Positions 47,918 through 58,718 of a stretch of DNA of 64,000 nucleotides are shown one piece after another. Under the pieces are notes generated by a model that was not told where the DNA came from, did not search any database, and was given only the letters and a program-made list of their open reading frames with translations. Position 1 is the stretch's first letter. Each line of letters opens with the position of its first letter. Source of the DNA: Rhodosorus marinus CCMP1338 (taxonomy: Eukaryota; Plantae; Rhodophyta). The stretch spans positions 1,984,001-2,048,000 of the forward strand of contig JAMWBK010000003.1 in assembly GCA_029953675.1 (NCBI GenBank), given 5' to 3'. The position numbers and the translations under genes were made by a program.

Positions 47918-50900
47918 AAGAGCAGAGGGATGCATAGATAGCCCCTAAGGAGCCGGAGACCCTCCCCCGGACGCCAAAGGGTGAAGGGGTGCTCGGCTCA
48001 ATGGCGAGCGGGTCCACCTCTGGATCGACATTTACATCCATAGAGGGTAGTTCCCCCACGTCGTCACAAGGAGTGCGGAGGCACCGACAGAAAGACGCCC
48101 AGCGGGAAACACCTGAGCAAAATCGGGATGATTCTCCAAAAGCGAAGTTTCCTAGGCAAGGAAATCTTGGCGCAGCATGGAGGAAACCCATATTTGGGAG
48201 CAAATCTAGCAGGTTTTCTGAACCCTTGAAAGCCGAGGCCTCCGTGAGGGGCATTTGGACGTGACTCTTAGCTCGAGGCTCGGAGACGTTTTTGACGAGC
48301 TGGAGGGTGCGTTTCAGCAATGTATTGCCCTGCCAAGCGGTACACAACCCCGCTACGGGTCGTGGCGCGCAGTTCTTGACTCTTTTGGCGGATCTCGTTC
48401 GGGAAGCTCTGCGGCCGAACCGTGTCTTGACAGTGGAGCCCGGATGGGGGCGTTTGGGCTGGAGACGATGCTGACATGGATGACGCTGTTGCCGTGCCGT
48501 CCAGGCCGCCTGAGGAACCTGTTACCCGGTGTGGCCCGGCCCCTTCGGGAACTGATGTAGTACAAAAAACCCTTTCCTGGGACATACATCGCGACTTGTA
48601 CGCCACCCTTCTAGGTTCAGCTTCCTCTCCGCCTTCGACCTTGGCTCGCCTTCGTGATTTGGGGGATAGCCTCAGCTCTCACTTCTTTACGGTCATTCCT
48701 GCCTACCCGCGGCTAGTGATGACAGACTTCGAGATGCACACGAGCTTACGTTTGTACCTTGGCTTGCCCTGTAAACTTTACTCGGCAACTACCTAATGCA
48801 GCGTAACATGCGCTGCATTAGGTTCTATCAAGATCTAGGGAAAATGTGTGTGTTTAACCCCGTCTCCCGGGGTCTCTAGCTACGATAAAAAAGAAAAATA
48901 AGGGATCAGTGGCTGGTCCGCCTGATCCACGCGCAAAGCCCCTAACGCGAGCTCTGCGTTCCCTGCCCAAAGTGTTCTGTTTAGTTGAGCCCGCACGTTC
49001 TACCTGTGCGGTAGCCACGTGCCGTGCGGTGAATTCGGTGGACACCTGTTGGTATCCTGTCCGCAAGTCCAGGGGGCCCGAACTCGTCGCCATACGCGGC
49101 TCAAACGGTTGCTGTTTCGCTATCTTCGTTCTCAGATGCTGGGCACGGACCGGGAGGTCATCAGCGAAGACGCTCAACCGCGTACTCAGACAAGAGGCTG
49201 AGTACGTGGTTGACCTTTCTATTCCTTGTCCTCAGGCGACCAGATACCTAACCGCATCTGCACGCTGCCGTGGCTGCCGTGGCGCTGCGGCTCGGTCAAT
49301 GCGGCAACTGAAGGAGTCCCAGTACGCTGCAGCTATGTTGGACTCTACGCTCCGCGATTCGGCCTTGTCCTATCCGTCTGTTCCACTCATCATCGAGTGC
49401 TTTGGTTTAGTTGATTGTGTCGGCTCTCGCTGGCTTCGTGGGCTCTTTCGTCACAGACCTAATCGTCTTGATAGCCTCCTCACGGAGCTGTCCTTGACCT
49501 TATGGCGTTCCAACGTGGCTTTATTGTTTGACGAGCGTCATCAGCGTCTTGCTTCTCGCTTCTCAGGGTAGTTAGGCTCTCATAAACTGATGATGATGTG
49601 TTACATCTCGAATCCCTGTCCGTAGGCCATGGCGGTTGTGGGAACCCAAGGTACAAGCGCAGCTCGTACGCAGCTCGAAGTCTGTCATCACCAACCCCGG
49701 GTAGGCAGGAATGACCGACCGAAAAGAAGCGAAAGCTCAGATTACCACCGAAACCACGGAGGCGAGCCAAGGTCGAAGGCAGAGAGGAAGGCGAACTCAG
49801 AAGGGTGGCGTACGAGTCCCGATGTATGTCCCAAGACAGGGCTTTTTGTACTACATCATTCCTCGAACGGGCCGGACCCGACCGGGTAACAGACTCCTCA
49901 GGCGGCCTCGATGGCACGGCGACAACGTCCATTTCAGCATCATCTTCAGCGCAAACGACTTCACCAGCCGCTGGTTTCAGGTGTTCACCACTTCCGAGAC
50001 ACGGCTCGGCTGCAGAGCTCCCCGCACGAGCCCTGCCAAAAGAGTCAAGAACTGCCCAGCCGGGACCCGTAACAGGGCTGTGTACCGCTCGGCAGGGCAA
50101 TACACTCCAATTCTGCTTTGTTTGTGGACGCGCGTCATCAGCGTCTTGTCTCTCGCTTCTCAGGGTAGTTAGCCTCTGAATAAACGGATCAGCAATACAC
50201 TGCTGAAACACAGCCTCCAATTCTGCAAAAACGCCGCCGAGCTTCGAGGCGAGAGTAACGTCCAATCTCCCCACGCGAAGGCGTCGACTTTGGCTCGCCT
50301 GCGCGGTTTGGGGGGGAGTCTCAGCTCCCATTTCTTCACGGTCATACCTGCGTATCCGCGGTTGGCGCTTACCGATCTCGAACTTCGTGTAAGCTTACGA
50401 CTTTACCTGGGCTTGCCGCAACCCCCTTGGCCTGTTGAGCGGGATTCTAGATGCGCATTGTGCGGGGCCAATGTGCCGTGGGGTGATTATGGTGCGCATC
50501 TGTTGGCGGCTTGTGCGGAGGTTCAAGGGGCCCGGACCAGACGCCATACGCGGCTCAATCGCTTGCTCTTCCGCTACCTTCGGTCTCAATCCCTCGGTGC
50601 GGAGCGAGAAGTGGAGTATGAGGTCCCTCTGGCGGTGGCATCGGAAATTGCTGATGAGAGTGACGCTACAGCGGTACAGCGGGTGGCGGATCTCGTTGCG
50701 ACTGACCTCAATGCGCGTCGCAGTGAGTACATTGACCTCTCCATCCCTTGTCCTCAGGCGACCAGGTACCTGCCTGCGTCGGCTCGGCGTCGAGGAGCTG
50801 CAGCTCGGTCCATGCGGCAAGTTAAAGATTCGCAGTACGCGGCAGCGATGTCAAACCCTACCTTTCGCGATGCGGGGGTGACGTGACATACAGGTTCGTC

Positions 50901-53130
50901 CCCCTCATTATTGAGTGCTTTGGCTTGATAGATAGTGTATCGTAGGTTCTCGCTGGCTGCGAGCTCTGTTTCGCAACGACCCAGGGCGTTTAGATAGTCT
51001 GCTCACGGAGCTTTCTTTGATACTGTGGCGCTCCAATTCCGCTTTGTTTGTGGACGCGCGTCATCAGCGTCTTGTCTCTCGCTTCTCAGGGTAGTTAGCC
51101 TCTGAATAAACGGATCATCATCATCATCATCATCATCATCAAGGCCCCGTAACAAACCAAGCACGTATGGATTATTCTCTCTAGACCATGTAGTCAGTGC
51201 ATTGGCCCAAGAGCTCACCACGGCCGCCGGTTGGATCGCCGCATAAGTCCCACGGCCAGTCCGCCCCATCGCACGGGCAAGGCCAGCTGACGGTGAAGGA
51301 CTGCCTGTTCTTCAAATAGTTCAGGCGCTGGCACGCGCTGAATCTGAAAATGATCAAAGCTGTCTGGAGGTACCCCTCGGGGAGGCGGCACAGCTCATTC
51401 AGCAGCTCATCATGGCGACTCAGGAGCGCGCGAATGGCCCGCTCCACAAACCCCCCCAAAACTCGCAGTGCCAACAGAGACACCAAATAGAATGAAACCT
51501 TCGGGACGCCAAATGTCCCGAAACAGAGAGGGAGCCTGGGCCGCAGCGCACAGCAGGCCTCCCCAAAATCACACTTGGCGTGGTTTGTCCGTAACCACCT
51601 AGAAGAGAACGCATCTCGCCGAGAAGAGAATACGCCGGCACAAGATCATCAGGAGTGCCGAGGAGCGTCACAGCGTCATGAAAAGCGACGACTCCGACCC
51701 GCGAGAACTGCTTCTGCACCCGCAACAACGCCAACTGCAAGCCACATGCGTGCAGGAAAGGCCCTAAGGGGTCTCCCTGCTGAACACCCGTATGGGCTAC
51801 AACACTTTGGCTGTCCGCACCCAAGGTGACAAGGCGAGGGGAATTGAGCCCCTCATCATAGACGCGGCGCAAGAAACAGAAGCCAGTTGGAAAGAGCTGA
51901 CGAACCACCTCGAGTGCGTGAGTACGCGACACGCTGTTGAAAGCGTACCAAAAGGCTCCTCACTGAGACCATCCGGCTGAAGGATGCGAGTCACCAGTTA
52001 CAGCCCCACCAGTTACAGCCTGAATAACCTACACCGACCTTGGTCAACCTAAAAAAGCCCCTGGCTTCCTTAGTTAGACAACGCGAGACGAAACGGCTCG
52101 TCAGCTTCCGGAGCGCTTCGCACATTCCAATAGGGCGCAACGAAGGCGCCTGGCATGAACGGCCGGGCTTGGGCAAGAGAACGAGCTGGGAGCGGAACAA
52201 TAAAGCCCACGCAGCTGCACACAAATCGTCTCCATTCACGAGACCCTCCAGCACCCGAGAGAGGGCATCCAGGCCCTCCTCGCCAAGCCAATGGAAAAGC
52301 TCAATCCCAAGGCCTGAGGGACCCGGTGCACGATCCTTCGGAGCAGACCCAATAAGAGCTAGAACCTCATCAGGTCGGACAAGCAACCGATCCGTGCCAT
52401 GTAGAGAGTCTACAAAAGGATCTAAGATATGCTGAAGCTCAAGAGTTCCAACTCAGGTCGTGCGCAGAGAACAGTGCGGCGACTGGATCAGCCAGGTCAG
52501 TCCGATAAGGCTCGACTGAAGGGCCCTGCTGAAGGATGGCCGCCACACGCCGGATATCCCCCTGTGCCCTGCTGCCTTTGCCCGTACCTGCCTACGGGAA
52601 CGAGAAGAAGGTGAAGTCTAGCACGAAGAGGAAGCAGAGACACTAGCAAGGTACAAAGATTCTAGGAAAGCAAAGTCCCCTGAGAGAAAAGACTGAACTT
52701 TGCCTAATCGGACATGCATGGCGCCCCTGTGAGACCGTGAGCACTGGCCGAGGAAAAACAAACATAAGCTTCCAATCAAGTTCTGCTTGAGGATGGTCGG
52801 CCACTTCCATAACAGGAAATCCAAAAGAAAAGAAACCCTCCTGCGCAAGCGATGAGGAAGAGAGACTAGCACTCCCTGTCCCATCCATGAGCGTCTGGCT
52901 CTGTTAGTGTGCTCGACTTCCCGTTCCATAGCAGGAGCGAGCACTACGCTCGAGTATTGAACACAGCCCTGGGACACTCGCCCACCCCCTGTCACTCCCC
53001 AATACCTACGCCGGTCCGCCTGGATGGGCATCTCCTTCACAGCCATGCAGACCTGGCTCAGTCTCGGACGATCCAACTCCTGTGTCGCTCGGGTAGCTTG
53101 GGTTCCCCATACAGGGGTGAATACAACCAA
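47918..53130. mobile_element. Nest of subfamily-C/B RLE copies: mainly a minus-strand host with plus-strand inserts at 50107-50191 and ~50283-51140
   Basis: Minus ORFs with APGPSGL, GVQQGDPLGP and FHDA. Inserts are flanked by gcaatacact (50097-50106 and 50192-50201) and aaggc (50278-50282 and 51141-51145); (ATC)9 tail at 51114-51140. Confidence 0.85.
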
Positions 53131-53898
53131 AAGCTGCTGTTAACTCCTGGCTGCAACTTTCCCATGGCCCCATTACAGATCTTCCTTCCGCTGCTACTTT
53201 GAGGTGTCAACGGCGCAATGGGACAGTCAAATGCTCCTCGATTCTGATGTGACTCTCTTCCTCGGGAGCTTCTGCGCGATATTATTCTTATTGTTCTACA
53301 TCATCTTTGGGGATCCAGCCTAGATCGCTCATTTAATCACACATCTCGTCCCCGTAACAATGGTCAAGGTGCTGCAGGTAGACGCCCGCGCTGGCAATCC
53401 CTCCTGATGAACCCTCAAATTTGAAACGCTCATGGTACTCCTTTACTCAGACCCCAGTCGTACGCAGCTTCTCTTGCGATGAGCGAGCTTCCCACTTGCT
53501 CCCTTGGGTGGGGGGGGTTGGAACTCACGGACGGCGGCAACAACGGGCACAATGAAAAAAAGTATGCGCTGACGAACTCATGGTTGTCACGCCACGCGTG
53601 GAGTACAAACAGACTCCTCAACAACTCAATTTGCAATCGTTGGGCTAGATGGGCAATTCCTGCCGTGGGAAACTATGCTCTCGCAGTTTCATGAGATATC
53701 CTGGCTATTCACGCCGTTATCAAGCTGGTCGGGTAGACTCTTTAGGAGACGCTACAATTGAGCCAGTCTCTTCTCCCCTCCCTCGGGCAAAACTACTGCA
53801 GGATGGAAGTGTACAGATTGCGGTCAGGACTCGGCGATGGTTGAGTTGTAAGCCATTACCATTCCCCTAGTAGATTTGCTTGTTTATAAATCGCTCAA

Positions 53899-54618
53899 CT
53901 ATTTAACGTATGGAGGCGGATCTTTGTAGATATGCGGCAAGTCATCGTCCTCGTCATCCACTTTTTCCCGGTCTTCTATTTGATTTTCGACTTCAGTCCC
54001 ATCCTTCTTCTTCCAATCCTGAATACAGAAGCGTGGGAAGTTCTCAGCACATGACCATCAGTCTTGAGTCAGCTCGAAGGTTGAGGCACTGTGACGCATT
54101 TGGAGGACGAATATGAACGGGCGGCAGACGTACGTTCCACCAGACAACGCTCTTGTAGATCAATCTCTTACATGACGGACATGGGATCCTCTTTCTTCCG
54201 TCACAAAGACGACACTGACAACTGGAAACCTTGCCCATCATTTCAACTGTATACATACCCCCCCCATTGCACAAATTACACTCGACCGAACCCTTCCCAA
54301 GACACTGTTCGCAGTCAGCGTCGCCCTCAGGTTTCATTGCCTGCTCGTAACCCTCAGGCAGCTGAAACTTCAATTCTTCCTCTTCCGCATTCCGTGTCAC
54401 GACTCTCCTATACCTCCTCGAGCACTGTGCTTTCCTCGGAACCAGCGATCGCGAAACCTTTACATCGGAGGACAAGCCAGCAAATTAGAGCAGAAACGCT
54501 CCATGCATTAGTTATGGACTGTCCGCAACATGTTTTCATGTTGCGGAAAACCTGGTTCAATTCCTGCCATACCCAGACTCACCAAAAAGCTTTCCACAAA
54601 ACAACTACGCGAAGCCAT
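53899..54618 (-). CDS. DnaJ-type Cys-rich zinc-finger protein without a J domain, probably plastid-targeted, 3 exons
   Basis: Hand-spliced exons 54618-54583, 54457-54134 and 54018-53899 with GT-AG introns. Motifs CEQCLGKG, CNLCNGGG, CRLCDGRK and CPSC; acidic C-terminal tail. Confidence 0.8.
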
Positions 54619-56179
54619 ATCTGAAACCCTGCTAATCTTTCATAAACCTTGCGCTTACTCTTCGAGAGCCCTTCTTACAATAGAGAAGCAGACAACCAGT
54701 TCGATTTGACTGCAAAAGCACACGTCAGAAAACCCCTCCACGGAGCAATTGGCAATCAACGTTCACAGCATGCTCACACAATCGAAAGGCGGAAGCCGAA
54801 AATCGTATACGAATCAAAAGAACTGCGCACTGCGAATGAGCCCCTACCGACAATCCTCTGTGGGATACAAATGGTACTCCAAGCGAACGCAATACACCAG
54901 CCCAATAGAAGCACTCTTCGAACCCGGACCCAAATCGCTGTCTCTCCTCAAGCGACTCCTCAGCAGAGAACTAAGAAAAAGATTTGATAACCCTGACGAT
55001 AAGTCTCCAAAGAAACTCGGCGCCTTACAAGCAAACTCTGTCGAACAAGGCCCAAGAATTCGTCAATCACAATCAGCACAGGTTTCCGCTCCGAAGACGA
55101 TGCAAAAAACGCAACGCCGCCAAAAGTGCAATCGAGGGAAATAAGAATATATCAAACAACACCAGCCGCTTTAGAAACTTTGTGAGGAAGACCACACCGC
55201 CACCAAACACAACTCACCCCCGTGAGGAAGAAGAGCAAGCCGAAAGACGAAGGAGCCCAACAAGGCAAACCGCGAATTTCCAAAAGCAAAAACGGTCTAT
55301 TCACAACTTTTTTTGATCCCCTTTTTTTTGATTTTATGAGAATGTAGGGAAACCTCTTCCTATCGATCAACTAGCTGTATACTTTTGGTTTCCAAGGGAG
55401 GAGATTGGCTTTAGATTGAGTTCTTAAAACTGCAGGACAGGAACCCGAAACTGGTTTTCCTTTTTTAAGTTGGGAAGACGAAGACAACAACAGAGCTAGT
55501 GCGGGAGAAACTAATCAATCCCGACTCTGAAAGGTTGTATTGAACACACTGAGCTTTTTAAGACGGAGCGGTGTTGTCGTCATCATGTGGATCTCACATT
55601 TGACGATCGACCGAGATCATTTGGATTGCTGTTTTTCGGAGTCGCGATCAATTTCTCATTCCCCGATCAAAGAAGAGCAAGGCATGAAACACATGCGCTT
55701 CGTGCTCTTTGCAATTCTACTTCCCTCACGAGAGGGTTCAGCATTTCACCACGTGACGTTCATCTCTGAATAGACTGATGAGAGATTTATGTATAAGAGG
55801 CCAAGCTCGATGAAGATCGATCGATTTTGTGTTCAACCTTCGATACGATGTGTTCGTCCTCGAGATATATCTGAAAGATCCATCGGAGTGCTCAGCCAGA
55901 TGGTTCTTTAGATTCCAAGTGAGCTCATACCAAGCTGTGCCTAAAGTTCGCTCTTTGTGAAAGGGGGTTTGGTTATTAGTAATGCACAAACAGAGAAAGG
56001 TCAAGCGGAGGAGTTGGGTTAGAGTGTCGATGGTCTATGAGGTTGGGAGCGCAAGGATAAACCAGATGAACAAGAGCTGAAAACCGTATCTGGAAGTTAG
56101 GGCTTTCGAACTAACAAAACGGGTTTTTACCTCCGTTAGGGAGAGTCAGTTGACCAGCTCTAGGCACCTTGAAAGCAGG

Positions 56180-57306
56180 ATGGTGGTAAGCTTTTTATTC
56201 TGTTTGGGAAGTAACAAGAAGATTAAGGTGTTTCTGAACAAATGTCATTCTGGATTACTTGATTCTGTTCATAGCTCGTTCTAGTTATTGGAGATCTCTT
56301 CGGTAAGTTTGTCTTGACGCCGTTCGGTCTATTATCATCGCTCTGTACACAAGCGCAGCTTGATGAGTCAAGTCTGCCGATCTGACGGTTTTACAACGCT
56401 CTGGCTGGCGTTCACGGAAACTCTTTAGTCCCGATCAAAAAGCCGGGACTTCCAAACCCTTTCAAACAACTTCTTGTTCCAGGCAAGATCAGCCACGTTC
56501 TATGTACGGTAAGGATATCGTCAACCCCAACTGCAGCACCGTCTTCGCTAGTGCTCGTCGTCCTCAACTGCCCTCATTGAAATTGCCGACCACAGGGCAA
56601 CCTCTGCGGAAAAGAAACGGAGGAGTACTTTCGGGAGCTTGCCGATCAAGTTCATATCGTCCAGGGAGACATGGACGAGTATCTATATCCAGAACGTCTC
56701 GTGATTTCCATAGAGTCTCTCAAGTTTGGGCTCTGCCATGGACACCAAATTCTTCCAGTTGGGAATCGCGCTGCGCTTAATGCTCTTCGACGGTAAGCAT
56801 GCTGGACCTCTACAAGATTTCGATAAGGTCTTGAACGCTGATGGAACGCCCGCTCGACAGAGACATGGGTGTCGATGTGTTGCTTACTGGTAGCGCGATG
56901 AAGATAGGCTACGTGCAAGATGACCTGGGTGGGCTCATCATGTATCCAGGATCGGTGGGAGCACACCACAAGAGTCAAACATGAGTATATACTGGATTCT
57001 CTCTCTTAAACGCTGTACCTCACGCCCTTGTGTCTTCGAAGGCCACTGGCGCTCCCAAAGTTGATGATACAACCGAGCCGGATCCGAGCTTCCTGTTGAT
57101 TGATGTTCAAGGACGAAAGATTGTTGCGTTTTTGTACCTCCTGGTCGATGGAGTGAGCGCGATCAAAAGTCAAGTCCTGTTACAGTGCCTCGTGGACATA
57201 TTCTTTTCGGGTGTTCCGAGATCCCTGTGTGCTTAACTCGCACGTCTTTGCATTTGGATAGGAACTCAAGGTCGAAAAAGCCGTGTTTGAGTGCCAGACG
57301 AGCTGA
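56180..57306 (+). CDS. VPS29: Vacuolar protein sorting 29 (retromer/retriever subunit), multi-exon, divergent
   Basis: Spliced MV|LVLVIGDLF|VPIKKPGLPNPFKQLLVPGKISHVLCT|GNLC...HIVQGDMD...FGLCHGHQILP...|DMGVDVLLTG...YPGS|ATGA...PSFLLIDVQ...LYLLVDG|ELKVEK, collinear with canonical VPS29. Confidence 0.88.
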
Positions 57307-58175
57307 ACATAGCATATCAGAAAAGTATTCTGCCGTTGACCAGTAACGAGGTGACCGCGAGTGATGATATATCTTCCCAAGAAGCGACGGTGGCCGATAA
57401 CTGGAACTCCACCAGGTTGAGAGCCAGAGGGACGACCGGTGGCGTCAACGATAGGTAGAATCTCGGGTACCGGAAGGATCTATTATATTATTCTTTTTTT
57501 TTGCAGTTTGCACTTCTGGCAATCCAGCTCGAGATTTGGGTAGGTCCGCAGGCATGAAGGAAACGCCGCCCTCACAGCCTTGAATTTCTTGGACCCGAGT
57601 GTCGAGAAGAGTCAAGGCAGGGCATCAATCAGGAAGTATTCAGATATCAACAGCAGTCGGGACAAGTGCGCCGCCGATCGCAAGAACAAAATCAAGGATC
57701 CTTGGCCGAAACTGGCTTTGGACAAGTTGTCGGTCACGAGATCTCAGTGCTGTGTTCGTGATCATTGATATAACCCATTCCAGAACATCGATTTATTATT
57801 AAACAGTTCGTTTTCTGGGACGGATTGTTTTTTCGATGCCCCTACATCGGATCCTCATGATACCTTCCTAGGTAAGATCCGTGGAAAACAATTCGTAGAG
57901 ATCCCGCCGCCCATGGAAGTTAAAAAGCGTCCCCTCTTCACTGACAAAGATATGACAGCAACTTCATGCTTGCAAGGTTCTTGAGGTTCTTGCGGTTCGC
58001 TGCTTTGGTGTCTCCAAGATAGCTCCGGCGCGCATTGTCAAGGGAGTCTTGTGATCAGCTCAAGTCCTTCAAACACCTCAATCCCACCACCTGTCTCAAA
58101 GCGGTGCGCTGCTTGCGGTGAAGTCTCCGCTATGGATATGTCAGTCTTTGATGCGCGTGGCACGTAATGCATTTT

Positions 58176-58718
58176 TTATGAGGACACTTCTCCTATTAGA
58201 AAGTCAATCAACTAGAAACGTTTGCAGCAAAACAGAGACGAAACGGTGCCTCAGCGAGCGGGATTTTAGCATGGAGCAAGGCTAACAAATGTGGAGCTCG
58301 AACTTACCATATCGTTCACCTTTGTTGGGTGTTGTTCACCTGCGACAGGAAAAGTCGAAATTGTGTTATTTAGAGGATTGTACTCCTAGTGTGCCGATCA
58401 TCAACTTGCATGCTCTTGATTACCATGGAAACCTGCGGATGAGTCCATTCCGGCATTCCTGAAGATCGCGTCGCCCCCGGGATGGACTTTGTAGTACTCG
58501 GAAAAATCGTACACCTTGCCATCTATGACTAGCCAGAGATCATCAGGGGAGTTGTGTTTTCGAACCTCTTCCTCTGGGTATACTTTGTATATCACCTCCT
58601 CCTTTTCAGTTTCAGCCTGCGGAGGTGATGCACCAGTTGATCGACGACGGCTAAACACCAAAGCCATCAAAACTATCACCAAAAGGGCGTTCGCCAATGC
58701 AAGATAAAGCGGCTCCAT
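58176..58718 (-). CDS. Cytochrome b5-like heme-binding protein with N-terminal TM anchor, 3 exons
   Basis: EEVRKHNSPDDLWLVIDGKVYDFSEY...HPGG...NAGMDS...FH, then spliced GEQHPTKVNDM|LIDFLIGEVSS-stop; resembles plant CB5LP-type proteins. Confidence 0.88.

Noticed and set aside
55738-56004. Possible mitochondrial bL31-like protein (HSDGSFRYI...IDLHRAW)
   Set aside because: Similarity is faint and I found no upstream ATG or exon before the divergent VPS29 start.
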